The notes: generated by a model from the sequence alone, not told the origin. Counted from the first letter of the stretch, positions 1 through 17,015 are shown. The stretch: DNA of 64,000 nt from Octopus vulgaris (GCA_951406725.2 OX597839.1:38316001-38380000), one strand, 5' to 3'. Made by a program: numbers and translations.

Positions 1-254
1 TAACGGCAAACGAAATACCTATTTCTTTACTACCCACAAGGGGCTAAACACAGAGGGGACAAACAAGGACAGACAAACGGATTAAGTCGATTACAACGAC
101 CCCAGTGCGTAACTGGTACTTAATTTATCGATCCCGAAAAGATGAAAGGCAAAGTCGACCTCGGCGGAATTTGAACTCAGAGAGCGCTGCGGCGGACGAA
201 ATACCGCAAAGCATTTCGCCCGGCGTGTTAACGTTTCTGCCAGCTCGCCGCCTT
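1..254 (-). mobile_element. SINE type B (tRNA-like head, Nin/Deu-like central domain), part of a tandem array running off the window start
   Basis: Reverse complement reads AAGGCGGCGAGCTGGCAGAAACGTTAAC...GCCTTTCATCTTTTCGGGATCGATAAATTAAGTACCAG...AGCCCCTTGTGGGTAGTAAAGAAATAGG, closely matching the copies at 33829, 36170 and 49342. Confidence 0.9.
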
Positions 255-904
255 TGTAGGAAGTTATACTCGATCAAAGGGGCGAAAGCTCTCTCGATCT
301 CCATTTTCTTTACGTATACGGCGCCGAAGCGAACCCCCAGAATGGAAAGTCCGCCGGCGAAACCAATTCACGGGGACAGGGTAGTGGAAGACCTGCTCGA
401 AGATTCATACAGACATGAATAAGCAACATTTATCATTGCCAATAGAAAATCGTGAATTGTGGAGAGACTTTGTCGGAAATGATTTTACTTGCATTTCATT
501 GGACGGGTCGCCATGCAGTTTCCGTCTACCGAGGTTGCCTTGCAATGTTTGGGTCGACCCGATTATATAATAGATGACATTTGCTCAAGATACAATGCCA
601 CGAAATCGAACCCTGGGTCTGGCGATTGCGAGAAGAGCTTGTTAATGTTTCTTACATTCTCTGACAAGAACCAGGATGTGTTCACACCATATAAAAAGGA
701 AAATGAATAACACTGGTGGAATATTCAAAGAAAAAAAAACAGCAGTACTGTATAAGTACTATAGGCCAGATACCGTTCAATGGAACAGGGAGCAAATGGT
801 GTGCACTTTTGTAAAGAACAGCTGCCGGGCGGATGTGAATATTTGGTAAAAATAAAATTGGGGGAAACGGAAGAAAGGAATTAGGAAGAATTAATGAGAA
901 GCAG

Positions 905-1110
905 TGTGTATATATCCAGGCTATAGGTTTTCATTTGTTCCAATTATTAGAGGGGCTTTTAGATATGGAACAAAAGATCTCGATAAAAACCAAGAAATGC
1001 TGAGATTCTTCACAAAAGAACAAAGCAAACTAATTCGTCTTCTCCGAATACAGTTGATTAGCAGCACATGGACATTTTGGGAAAACAATCCAGGAAGTCT
1101 TCATGTGTGG
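905..1110 (+). pseudogene. Decayed C-terminus of an RLE-type (R4/Dong-like) non-LTR retrotransposon ORF
   Basis: Translation YPGYRFSFVPIIRGAFRYGTKDLDKNQEMLRFFTKEQSKLIRLLRIQLISST resembles the PI(V/I)IGALG...LGF...LQ C-terminal end of R4-clade elements. Recognised by eye. Confidence 0.5.
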
Positions 1111-1139
1111 CTCCTGGGATGAAAGTAGGACCGCGTTCG

Positions 1140-4680
<3,541 letters not shown>

Positions 4681-5370
4681 TCATTTGAAGACAATTGTTT
4701 TCGAGTTGGGTTTTTCTCTTTAATTAAAGATCTTCCATATTTCCTCCTTGTTTGTGTTTACTGTTTAGTTGTAAAACAACAGTATTCCTCAGATCATTAA
4801 CCTTCCTGGATCTCGGGATCACGACCTCATCTTCAGAATGAAATGATGATAATGACGTGTGTGTTTTTTTCTTTCTTTCTTTCTATTTTGTCGTAGCCAG
4901 AAAGAGAACTTGGAAGTTTGTTTGTTTCTTTGTTCGCATTTTAGTAACAAATTCCAACCACATATAAAACAGATTCAGCTTAGTGTGAACATAAAGCAAA
5001 TAATTATCCAGAAATTAACAGCAAGCCAACTTCTATTCCGACACGGGCTTGCCAGCTAGATCTTTCCACGATAAACAACACTGGCCGATACAACTTTAAT
5101 GCGAAAGTTTATGCTTTTTTTTTTATCGTCTATCGTTTATCTTTTACTTATTTATACTCAATGGACTGCGGCCATACTGGGGCACCGCTATCAAGTGTTT
5201 TAATCAAACGAATTGACCCCTGTACTTGTGGGGATTTTGTGTTTGGTGTTTATTCTACCGAAACTCTTTCGCCGAAACAGCACGATTATGGTGACGTAAT
5301 ATCCCCCCACGTCGAGCGGGGGGAATACACAAAAAATGCACACACACACACACACACATACATACATACA

Positions 5371-5498
<128 letters not shown>

Positions 5499-5589
5499 TG
5501 TATATGTACATAAGAGACGAGTATAAACATTCCACGTAGCATGCATGAACAATTGTGAAGATTTCTTCACATGAAACCACTGGTTACCT

Positions 5590-5829
5590 TGTTAACTATG
5601 ATGCTCCCCCACTACTTCTGCTCGTGATCAGAGATGCACATATCGCTAGCCACTGAGGGACATGCTCAACTGGTTAAGGTCAAACAACTGACACACAAAT
5701 CTGTGGTATTGAGCAGAATATTTGTTGTAACCCATCTTTTATACCAAGACAAAACAATGTACGTGATAACACTTGCAATCAGTTAAGATCAGAAGCCACA
5801 AGAGCCACTGCCTGGTACTGCATCAGGGC

Positions 5830-5884
<55 letters not shown>

Positions 5885-5920
5885 GTTATCATTATTATTA
5901 TTATCATTATTATTATTAAT
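5590..5920 (+). mobile_element. Probable 3' end of a non-LTR retrotransposon with an (ATT)n tail
   Basis: About 240 bp of complex sequence ends abruptly (...CTGCATCAGGGCATTT) in a long (ATT)n tract, as LINE 3' tails do. Confidence 0.45.
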
Positions 5921-5980
5921 ATTGTGTGTGTATGTGAGTTTGTGTGTGTGAGTGTGTGTGTGTATGTATGTGTGTGTATG

Positions 5981-6020
<40 letters not shown>

Positions 6021-6216
6021 CAGCTGGTTAGACCTGAGCTTTCAGCAACATGAAATGAAGTATCATGCTGAAAAAAGACAATATGCCGCACCTGATCCAG
6101 GAATTGAAGGAATTGAAACCTACATTGTGATCGTTAGCCGAACACACTAACCACTTGGCCACACCACGCTTTCATATGTGTGCATATGTACATGTGTGTG
6201 TGTGTGTGTGTGTGTG

Positions 6217-6257
<41 letters not shown>

Positions 6258-6413
6258 AAATCCACATACACACACACAATTCCACAATTTGCTTGAAATT
6301 TTGCAAAATGTCGCAGAATTAAATCGAAACCACTAATTAAAAATACAAGTTTTGCTGGAAGACATACGTGGGAAAAAATATGAAGTAACTGTATAGGCAG
6401 CAGCAGCAGTAGC

Positions 6414-6506
<93 letters not shown>

Positions 6507-6508
6507 TA

Positions 6509-6547
<39 letters not shown>

Positions 6548-6845
6548 CGGCTGCGGCGTAGGCGGTTGTGGTGATGGTAGTAGTGGTGGTGGTGGTGGTG
6601 GTGGTGCTGGTGGTAGTGTTGATGATGGTGGTGGGAGTGGTAGTGGTGGTGGTCGTCGTGGGCTAGTTGATTATAGCCTAGGAAACAGTAGCGATGCTGT
6701 CGGTGTTAGCAGCCGAAATGTTGCTGCGGTGACGGTGGTAGTGTCGGTGGCGGCGGCGGCGGCGGCGGTGGTGGTGGTGGTGGTGGTGGTGGTGGTGGTG
6801 TTGTTGTTGTTGTTGTTTTGGTGTTGCTGTAGGTTGTGTTATTTT

Positions 6846-7217
6846 TCTGGTACTCCGTCGGTTACGACGACGAGGGTTCCAGTTGATCCGATCGACGGAA
6901 CAGCGTGCTCGTGAAATTAACGTGCAAGTGGCTGAGCACTCCGCAGACCCTTAACGTAGTGCTCGGTGAGATTCGGCGTGACACAGAGTGTGACAAGGCT
7001 GGCCCTTTGAAATACAGGTACAGCAGAAACAGGAAGAAAGAGGGAAAGAAAGTTGTGGTGAAACAGTACAGCAGGGTTCGCCACCTCCTTTGCCGGAGTC
7101 TCATGGAGCTTTAAGTATTTTCGCTCAATAAACACTCACAACGCCCAGTCTGGGAATCGAAACCGTGATCCTGCGACCGTGAGTCCACTGCCTTAACCAC
7201 TGGGCCATTGCGCCTCC
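6846..7217 (-). mobile_element. SINE, head type C + tail X
   Basis: Minus strand GGAGGCGCAATGGCCCAGTGGTTAAGG...GGTTTCGATTCCC gives pol III A/B boxes. The head is shared with 43640 and 47885; the tail is shared with 7270 and 40620. Confidence 0.85.
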
Positions 7218-7269
7218 ACAGGTTGTGTTAGCAATATTATTATAAGTGATGGTGTAGGAGGTAGTGTAA

Positions 7270-7510
7270 TCGCGTGGTTTACTGGTTAGCGTTTGCGACT
7301 CATGATCATACGGTAGTGAGTTCGATTCCTGGCGATGCGTTATGTCCTTGACCAAGACACTTTATTTCACGTTACCCCACACCACTCAACTGGCAACAAT
7401 GAACAGTACCTGTAATTCAATGGGTCCAGCCTTGTCACATTCTGTGTCACGCTGAATCTCCCCGAGAAACTACGTTAAGGGTACATTATGTCTGCGGAGT
7501 ACTCAACCAC
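7270..7510 (+). mobile_element. SINE, head type D + tail X
   Basis: A/B box-like head (TGGTTTACTGGTT...GAGTTCGATTCC), CORE-like TGTCCTTGACCAAGACACTT, then a tail matching the reverse complement of 6925-7021. Confidence 0.8.
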
Positions 7511-7737
7511 CTTTTCTTTCGTTTGTTTCAGTCAAATCTTTATTAAGCTACGCAGGGCCGGACACAGAGGGGACAATACAATGTAGAATTTTTCTCTTCA
7601 AAACTGATGAGTATCAATAGGGATCGAAACCGTTTGGGGACCTGTGCACAAGATATAACAACAGAAATTCCCAAAAAGGGAAGAAAATATAACACTGAGC
7701 AGGGTTATCCGTGGGAAGAAAAACGCATATGTGCCTT

Positions 7738-8031
7738 TTGCAATAAGACGAGTGACAGTCACTTCGAAGTTTCGGCCTGCTGGGCATTGTCACCTTGCGC
7801 CGACCAGTGCCACGTAAATGAATTTGGTAGACAGGAATTCTGTGTGTGTGTATGTGTGTGTGTGTGTTTTGCAAGTAGACCAGTGACAGTGACTACGACG
7901 TTTCGGCCTGCTGGTCATTGTCACGTTGCGCCGACCAATGCTACGTAAATGAATTTGGTAGACAGGAATTCTGTGTGTGTGTATGTGTGTCTGTGTGTGT
8001 GTGTGTGTGTGTGTATGTGTGTGTGTGTGTT

Positions 8032-8089
<58 letters not shown>

Positions 8090-8150
8090 TTTTGCAAGAA
8101 GACAAGTGGACAGTGACTTCGAACTTTCGGCCTGCTAGCCATTGTCACCC
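7738..8150. repeat. Three tandem diverged units (~130-220 bp, each with a variable (TG)n tract)
   Basis: The motif GACAGT..C..CGA..TTTCGGCCTGCT...CATTGTCAC recurs near 7752, 7883 and 8107. The downstream GTAAATGAATTTGGTAGACAGGAATTCTGTG occurs twice. Confidence 0.85.
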
Positions 8151-8386
8151 TCCGCTAGAAGTTACAGCAACAAGAATATTAAGCCAAAGATGTAACAGTA
8201 CGTTGAAAGGAATTCGGGATCCCGTTAAGTTCGATAACAATAAGCGACTTGTGATTATCTTCAACGGCCTCCAATGAGATGTGCCACTGATTACATCACT
8301 GTGGCTGCTATTATTGCTATTGCTGTTGTTGCTGTTGCTGCTGCTGCTGCTGTTGTTGTTGTTGTTGCTGTTGTTGCTGTTGTTGC

Positions 8387-8423
<37 letters not shown>

Positions 8424-9575
8424 GCTGTTGTTGTTCTTGTTGCCTAGCCCACAAACAGTGAAAATCAAGTTGTTTGACCTATGGTCAAAGACACTCCATC
8501 CTTGACAATCATGACTTTTTTTTTTTCAGATACAATGTATCTAAGACTTTACGATACCAATATATCGTCTTTTTTTAAAAGAAACAATTTCTTGACTGTT
8601 ACCCTTGCTGTTGTTGTTTGGATTTGTGTTTCTATCGTTTTAATTCCGATATATGGGGGGGGGGTGTATGTGGCTTCTTCTCTCTGTGTGTGAGCGCGCG
8701 CGCATGCAAATATGTGTGAGTGAGTGTGTGTGTGTGCGTATATATATATATATATATATATGCATACATATATATATATAAAAAATGTATGTATATATAT
8801 ATATAAAAAATGTATGTATATATATATATAAATATATATATAATGTATATATATATAATGTATATATATATAATAATGTATATATATATAAATACACACA
8901 CACATACATACACTATGTGTGTGTGTGTGTGAGTGTGTGCGTGTGTGTATCTTCCTTCGTTCCGCCTCCCTTTACCCCACCACCTCCTTCTCACCTGCTT
9001 ATTTGCCCGAAAGTATTGTTGGCAATGTGACAGAACTAGGATTGTGTAAAGGATAGTTAGCATGAGGTGGTGGTGGTGGTGGTGGTGGTGGTGGTGGTGG
9101 TGGTGGTGGTGGTGGTGGTGGTGGTGTTGTTGGTGCTGATGCTGGTGGTGGTGGTGGTGGTGGTGTTGTTGGTGCTGATGCTGGTGGTGGTGGTGGTGGT
9201 GGTGTTGTTGGCGCTGATGCTGGTGCTGGTGGTGGTGGTGTTGGTGGTGGTGGTGGTGGTGGTGGTGCTGATGCTGGTGCCGGTGGTGGCGGTGGCGGCG
9301 GCGGCAGTGATGGTGGTGGTGGTGGTGGGTGGAGAGGTAATGGTGGTGTGGTGTGGTGTGGGGCGGGTGGTGGGGCGGGTCTTGTTCCAAAATTAGAATT
9401 TAGGAGGGAAATCTGCCAGGGTGTCAAATCTGGCAACAGGTACTTTAAAAACTTCCCTAATTTCACACCAACTCTGTCAACACATTCACACACACATACA
9501 CACACATACACGGATATATACACACACACCCAGCGAGAGCATTATGGCAAAGCTTTCTATATGTGTGCGTATGTG

Positions 9576-9616
<41 letters not shown>

Positions 9617-9626
9617 ATATATATAT

Positions 9627-9680
<54 letters not shown>

Positions 9681-9699
9681 GTATGTATATATATATATT

Positions 9700-10118
9700 A
9701 CTCTTTTACTCTTTTACTTGTTTCAGTCATTTGACTGCGGCCATGCTGCGTAGCACCGCCTTTAGTCGACCAAATCGACCCCAGGACTTATTCTTTGTAA
9801 GCCTAGTACTTATTCTATCGGTCTCTTTTGCTAAGTTACGGGAACGTAAACAGATCAGCATCGGTTGTCAAGCAATGTTGGGGGTGGGGGGGACAAAAAG
9901 ACATACAAGCATATACATACATAGATATATATATATATATATATAATATATACGACGGACTTCCTTTAGCTTCCCGTCCACCATATCCAAACAGAAGGCT
10001 TTGGTCGGCTCGAACCTATAGTAGAATACATTTGCCCAAGGAGCCAAACAGTGGGACTGAACTCGGAACGATGTGGGGTGGTAAGCAAGCTACTTACCAA
10101 ACAGCCACTCCTGCTCCT
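9700..10118 (-). mobile_element. SINE type A (tRNA-derived, CORE-like segment, internal microsatellite); its 3' half is duplicated again at ~10180-10380
   Basis: Reverse complement of the full-length copies at 12566 and 59259. Confidence 0.9.
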
Positions 10119-10129
10119 ATATACATACT

Positions 10130-10179
<50 letters not shown>

Positions 10180-10381
10180 TCTTTTATTTGTTTCAGTCAA
10201 TTGACTGCGGCCATGCTGGAGCACCGCCTTTAGTCCGACAAATCGCCCCCAGGACTTATTCTCTGTAAGCCTAGTACTTATTCTATCGGTCTCTTTTGCT
10301 AAGTTACGGGAACGTAAACAGATCAGCATCGGTTGTCAAGCAATGTTGGGGGTGGGGGGGGACAAAAAGACATACAAGCAT

Positions 10382-10419
<38 letters not shown>

Positions 10420-11150
10420 CAATTGGGTAATAAGAACTTATGATTATCAGTGGCCTAACACAAAAACGAATTAGTCATTAGACTATATATTATCCTTATT
10501 TGGTGGTTTTGAGTTTTCTACTGCTCTTTCTAACACAAGGCTTTCCTATTTGGAAGCCTCTTATTGTATTTATATATATATATATATATAAGTGCGTGTG
10601 TGTGAGAGAGAGAAGGAGGTATGGCTTTAATTGGCCTATATTTAATAAGAAAAGTACAGCCAGTGTGTTGTTTTAAATAAGCTTCAACTAATTGCGTAAA
10701 TGAATCTACGTCAGCGCTATTTTCTTGAAATATACTTCGTAATTTCGAGCATTTCGGGGAGGAAATAAGTGACCCTGGTGAACTTTAAAGAAAGACGAAA
10801 TATCTTCACCGATTCCGTCCTCTCAGTTACTGAAAATTTTAAGGTTTAGTCGTGGGTTATGTTTTCAGAACGAGAAGAAAAAAATTAAAATGTCTGTTTG
10901 TTAAATATATTCTAATAGGATTTATATATATTTATATATATATTTATATATATATATATTTATATATATATATATATATATATATTCTGTATTTATTCTG
11001 TATTTATTCGAATTCGAGATGATGTGTTGATGATAATTTTGTTATTGAAGCACATATTTCTAGAAATATCACTAAATCTGTATCTGTCTATATCTACCTG
11101 TCTACCTATCTACCTACCTACCTATTTATCTATCTATCTATCTATCTAAC

Positions 11151-11183
<33 letters not shown>

Positions 11184-11419
11184 ATACTTATCTATCTATA
11201 TATATATCTATCTACTTATATATCTATCTAACTATCTATCTATACGTAGATACATACTCGTCTATCTATCTATTTGTCTGTCTATCTGTTATCTCTCAGT
11301 CTGTTAATCTACCTATCTCTACTTACATCGCTATCTCCAAGACGATGATGATGATGATGGTGACAGTAACGGTGACAACGACGATGATGATGATGGCGTT
11401 GATGACGTTGATGAAGATG

Positions 11420-11464
<45 letters not shown>

Positions 11465-11794
11465 TTGACGATAATTATGACGACAATAGCGATGACTAAA
11501 AAGAAGAAGAAGAAGAAGAAGAAGAAGAAGAAGAAGAAGAAGAAGAAGAAGAAGAAGAAGAAGAAGAAGAAGAAGAAGAAGAAGAAGAAGAAGAAGAAGA
11601 AGAAGAAGAAGAAGAAGAATCTTTGGGAGTATCCGGTATTGATGATAGCCAACTAGAAAGAAATGCATTTATCGGTCAACTACAGGGAACCCCACGATTA
11701 TTGTTGGTGCTTTAATGCCTTTTGCCTAAAGCGAGAGTTTTTCTCCCTGACATTTTCTCGGAGCAAATATAATACAAATGGTGGGATTGATTGC

Positions 11795-12031
11795 TCTTTT
11801 AGTTGTTTGACTGCGGCCTTATTTCTTTTAGTTGTTTGACTGCGGCCATGATGGGGCACCGCCTCAAATCGAACAAATCGATCCCAGGACTTATTCTTCG
11901 TAAGCCTAGTACTTATTCTATCGGTCTCTTTTGCCGAACCGCTAAGTTACAGAGGCGTAAATACACCAGCATCGGTTGTCAAGCAAGGATTTTGAGGGGA
12001 AGACAAACACAGACACACAAGCATATACATA

Positions 12032-12062
<31 letters not shown>

Positions 12063-12180
12063 GACGAGCTTCTTTCAGTTTCCATCTACCAAATCCACTC
12101 ACAAGGCTTTGGTCGCCCCGAGGCTATACGAGAAAACAGTTTGCGCAAGGTGCCACGCAGTGAGACTTAAGCCGGAACCA
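11795..12180 (-). mobile_element. SINE type A
   Basis: TTTGACTGCGGCCATG...CCTAGTACTTATTCTATCGGTCTCTTTTGCCGAACCGCTAAGTTAC...CAAGGTGCCACGCAGTG, matching the other copies. Confidence 0.9.
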
Positions 12181-12494
12181 TATATATATAGGGACAGCTG
12201 ATGAAGGGGATTTTTCCTTGTGTAGTTTGTCTTGTTCTCTGTTTTTTCGTTGTTGAAAAAGGTCCGTTTCCATGTTTGTTTTTACGTTTTCGTTTCTCGT
12301 TGAGTTCTACGTCTATTTGTGGTGTCCTGTACTCACGTATATATATTTATATATGCATGTATATATACATGTAGATGTAGGTACGTACATATATGTATGT
12401 ATGTATGCATATATTTTATTTATCACACTATTGTATGACTGAGCGCCCTCGCGTCGATTCGATTCGTTTCGTTTCGTTTCATCTCCTCCAAGTA

Positions 12495-12534
<40 letters not shown>

Positions 12535-12565
12535 GAGAGGGAGAGAGAAAGAGAGAGAAAGAGGT

Positions 12566-12970
12566 AGGCGCAGGAGTGGCCGTGTGGTATGTACCATGCT
12601 TACCAACCACATAGTTTCCAGTTCAGTCCCACTCCGTGGCACCTTCGATAAGTGTCTTCTATTATAGCCTCGAGTTGACCAAAACCTTGTGAATGGATTT
12701 GATCAGCTTTATGCTATAGCCCGAGGATATAAATATATGTATATATATATGTATGTATGTATGTATATGTTTGAGTGTCTGTGTTTGTCCCTCCACCGTC
12801 CTTTGACAACCGGTGTCAGTGCATTTACGTCCTCGTGACTTAGCGGTCGGCAAAAGTGTCTGATAGAATAAGTAGTAGGCTTACAAAGTATAAGTCCTCC
12901 GGTTGATTTGTTGGACTAAAGGCGGTGCTCCAGCATTGCCGCACTCAAAATGCCTGAAAGAAATAAAAGA
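12566..12970 (+). mobile_element. SINE type A, near full length
   Basis: AGGCGCAGGAGTGGCCGTGTGGT...GTTCAGTCCCACT...ACTAAAGGCGGTGCTCCAGCAT. Confidence 0.9.
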
Positions 12971-13096
12971 ATATATGCATGTATGTGTGCGTGTGTGTGT
13001 ATATGTATGTATATATGTACATATATCATGTATGTGTGTATATATATATATATATATGCTAACGCAGACACAAGCACACACGCACATATATACGTA

Positions 13097-13204
<108 letters not shown>

Positions 13205-13591
13205 TACTTTATCTTTCCGTCGAACAGGAAGTAGACGATCGTCTACTCTGTCATTGGCTCTGTTCATGTGTAGGTGAGTTATCGTTGATGGCCGAATCTA
13301 TGGGTGTGAGTTCAAATAGCGTCCTATCTCTATTCAATTTTGATAACAAAATCTTTCCCAATAAAGATAACGTTAAACGGAAATACATTCGTCACAGGAA
13401 AAAAAAAGGTTTGGTTCACTCTACCGTGAAAATTAATGTCTACATGTACGTGGGTGTGGATGTCTGCACACACACACACACATACACACACACACACACA
13501 CACACATATACATACATATATATACATATATACATGTATATATTTATATATATCTATATATGTATACATATGTGCATACAGACATACGTAC

Positions 13592-13624
<33 letters not shown>

Positions 13625-13948
13625 CATACACATATACATATATATATACATATGTATATATACATATATGTAAGTATATACATATACATGTATATATATA
13701 TAGATATACGCGCACACACACAGATATATATACATATGTATATCATATATATGAACCTGTATTTGTGCGTGTATATATATATATATATATATACATATAC
13801 CGTAGTAAACACATAAATGTGAAACAAGGTGGAAAAAAGAGTACTCAAATACCAGTGGTAGAGTAATATGCTTTATTTTAAGCAGCAGAAAATTCAACAA
13901 AAATTCAACAAAATCTGTTACTCTGAGTTTCTCGTTGCTAGAATCTAG

Positions 13949-13998
13949 CAAAAACTGTCTGATGAACGGCAACGAGAAACTCAGAGTAACAGATTTTG
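13949..13998 (+). ncRNA. Type-I hammerhead ribozyme motif, intact core, within an inverted repeat
   Basis: CAAAAACTGT-CTGATGA-ACGGCAACGA-GAAACTCAGAGTA-ACAGATTTTG. Stem I is CAAAA.CTGT/ACAG.TTTTG, stem II is CG-GCAA-CG, stem III is ACTC-A-GAGT. Predicted cleavage after GUA at 13988. Confidence 0.8.
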
Positions 13999-14036
13999 TT
14001 GAATTTTCTGCTGCTTAAAATAAAGTATATATACAT

Positions 14037-14142
<106 letters not shown>

Positions 14143-14344
14143 GTTCTGATTAAAAGCATCCCGAGACTCATCATCCTTAACCCCCCCACACACACACACA
14201 CATTACCCCTCTACACCTCCTACACCCTACCCCACACCCGTTGAACCTCAATCTTTCTGTCTTTCATTTAACATCAGCTCCTCTTCTTCCTCTTCCCACC
14301 ACCCCACTTCCATATATGAATATATGCATAATATGTGTGAATAA

Positions 14345-14388
<44 letters not shown>

Positions 14389-14465
14389 AACACACACACA
14401 CATATATATATATATATATGCATGTCTGTGTGTGTCTGTCTGTCTGTATGTATATATGCATGTAG

Positions 14466-14512
<47 letters not shown>

Positions 14513-15271
14513 GATATATATATATATCAAGGCTCTTCTAGAAGTGCTCTCATACACAAACCCGGTGAGCGCACTGCATCTTGCAGCAGAAACAGCTGCA
14601 AGCCAATGGATTTTACAGCTTAACTGCATGTTCCCTTGTCATTTATTTTATTTCCTATGTGTGCATTAGACCGTATGTATGTATCAAGGGAGTTGAGGAG
14701 GTGTTCTGGGAATTGTGTCTGGAGATATATATATATATATATATGTAGAATAATGAATGACCTTAATCAGATAACTGTTAAGGTGCGTGGGTTTGCGTGG
14801 GTGTGCGTAGGTGTGCGGGTGTATATAGGTGTAGATGAATGTGAGTTCGTGTGTGATAGTATGTATACGTTTCCTTTGTATGAACTGTACGTCTACACCC
14901 TCGAACAAACGAGCATATACATATTCATATATATATATATATATATATACATTCATACATACATACATACATACATACATAAATATATATACACACATTT
15001 GTTATGCATGAATGCACATCATGTTTATGTATGAATGTATGTATACATATATATGTGTGTGTGTGTGTATATGTATGTGTGTCTGTGTTTGTATGCATCT
15101 ATATAAATGTGTATATATATATATATATTTCTGTATGTGTGTGTGTGTATATAATGTAATATATTCATGTATGCATACATACAAAGAATATATACATGCA
15201 TATGTATGTATGTATATATATGTATCTATGCATGTATATATATTTATATATATATATATATGTATGCATGC

Positions 15272-15352
<81 letters not shown>

Positions 15353-16194
15353 CACTTATATAAATATACACATTATATGCGTATATGTATATGTACATAA
15401 GTGTGTATGTGTTTATACATACGTGTATGTTTGCGTGCGTGTGTATGTATGTATGTATGTATGTATTGCTTGTATGTGTATGTATGTATGTATGTATGAA
15501 CGTGTGTGTCTGTGTGTGGTGGGGTGAGGAACCCACGACTGTTCCTGCCTTCGCTGGGTTTTCCTTTCTCTCCGAATGGCTGTGATAATATTTTCTCTAT
15601 TAAACTTCGAAAGATCCGAGATAAGCGGAGATAAAGCGTTATATATTAGCAATAGTTGATCTAGATAGGTTAGTGCGAGCGAGTAATGGGGTGGGTGGGT
15701 GGGGGGAAGAGGATGGGAAGAGATGAAGGAGGAGGAGGAGGAGAAGCTGATGTTAAATGAAAGACAGAAAGATTAAGGCTCAACGGGTGGGGGGTAGGGG
15801 TAGGACGTGTAGGGGTAAGGTGGCGGGGGGTGTAAGGATGACGAGTCTAGGGATGCTCTTAATCAGAACATCTGTGTTTTGGAAGACATCAACAAAGACG
15901 AATGAGCGAGTGTGTGTGTGTGTATAAGACGCTTATATACATGCATATATATGTATATATATACATATATATATACATATATATACATATACATATATAT
16001 ACGTATATACATGCATCAATGTATATATGTGTATATATATGTATATATATATACATAGATATATATGTATGTATATATGTATGTATATATATATATATGT
16101 ATATATATATGTGTGTGTGTGTAACTATATATGTATATATATATATATATCTGTCTATCTATCTATCTCTCTTTCTATCTATCTATATATGTAT

Positions 16195-16225
<31 letters not shown>

Positions 16226-16463
16226 CCAGATAAAGTGTGATTTATAAATCCGTGCTATATACTCAGTCAACACTCCTGCTAGAATCAGTTGAGAGGGCGT
16301 ACAAAAGTTACCAGTTTTTCTTAAAGGAAACCTTTTATACAAACTTGATTTCCAAGAACAATCTATTAGTCGCGAATTAAAATACAGCGGGTTCAAGAAT
16401 GGATGTGACAGCATTTGAATATATTCGCTCATTATGGTTATAATGAAGGAATAGGTATAATAC

Positions 16464-16583
16464 TTAACTACGCACGTTTCATGGCTATATTTTCTAGATA
16501 ATAATAATAAAATCAATTCGATTCAAAATTAAATCGAACTAAATTTAATTCTATTTAAAAATATAGTCACTCATCAGGTCTAA
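16464..16583 (-). ncRNA. Type-I hammerhead ribozyme motif, intact core, ~90-nt extended stem II
   Basis: Minus strand TTAGAC-CTGATGA-GTGACTATATTTT...AAAATATAGCCAT-GAAACGTGCGTA-GTTAA. Stem II pairs 12/13 at its base, plus an apical TAGTTCGATTT/GAATCGAATTG helix. Confidence 0.75.
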
Positions 16584-16714
16584 AATAATAAATAATAAAT
16601 AATAATAATAGAATAAATGTACTTATCTTAACTTATTCTAATTAAACAAATAAATATATTTAAAAAATACATGTATTAACTATAAATATATATATTTCTT
16701 TTATCTTATGCTTT

Positions 16715-17015
16715 TTAATCTTTCAGTCATTAGACTGCGGCCAGGCTGGGGCACCGCCTCGGAGAATTTTTTAGTCCAATGAACTGATCACAGTACTCAT
16801 TTTATAAGGCCTGGTACTTATTCTGTCAATATCATTTGCCGAACTGCTACGTTAAGGGACGTAAACATACCACTGCAGACAGAAGGACACACATAGATAT
16901 ATATGTATGTATATATATACGATGGGCTTCTTTCAGTTTCCATCTACAAAATCCACTTACAAGGCTTTGGTCTGCCCTAGGCTATAGGAGAAAATACTTG
17001 CCCAAGTTATTACGC
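16715..17015 (-). mobile_element. SINE type A, diverged and partial
   Basis: TTTCAGTCATTAGACTGCGGCCAGGCTGGGGCACCGCC...CAAGGCTTTGGTC...ACTTGCCCAAG. Confidence 0.8.

Noticed and set aside
7593-7640. CTGATGA-GTATC..GATC-GAAACCGTT hammerhead-like string
   Set aside because: Stem I cannot pair next to the core, and the related LINE-tail-like segment at ~37040-37170 lacks the boxes. Probably chance.
8632-9529. His-rich or Pro-rich ORFs resembling structural proteins
   Set aside because: They come from a (GGT)n array that is open in several frames on both strands, with no splice or codon evidence.
12198-12235. CTGATGA followed by a hairpin
   Set aside because: No GAAA box follows stem II; the same holds for the CTGATGA at 59818.
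13230-13247. Perfect 18-bp palindrome AGTAGACGATCGTCTACT
   Set aside because: It is real but isolated, and no function can be supported from the sequence.
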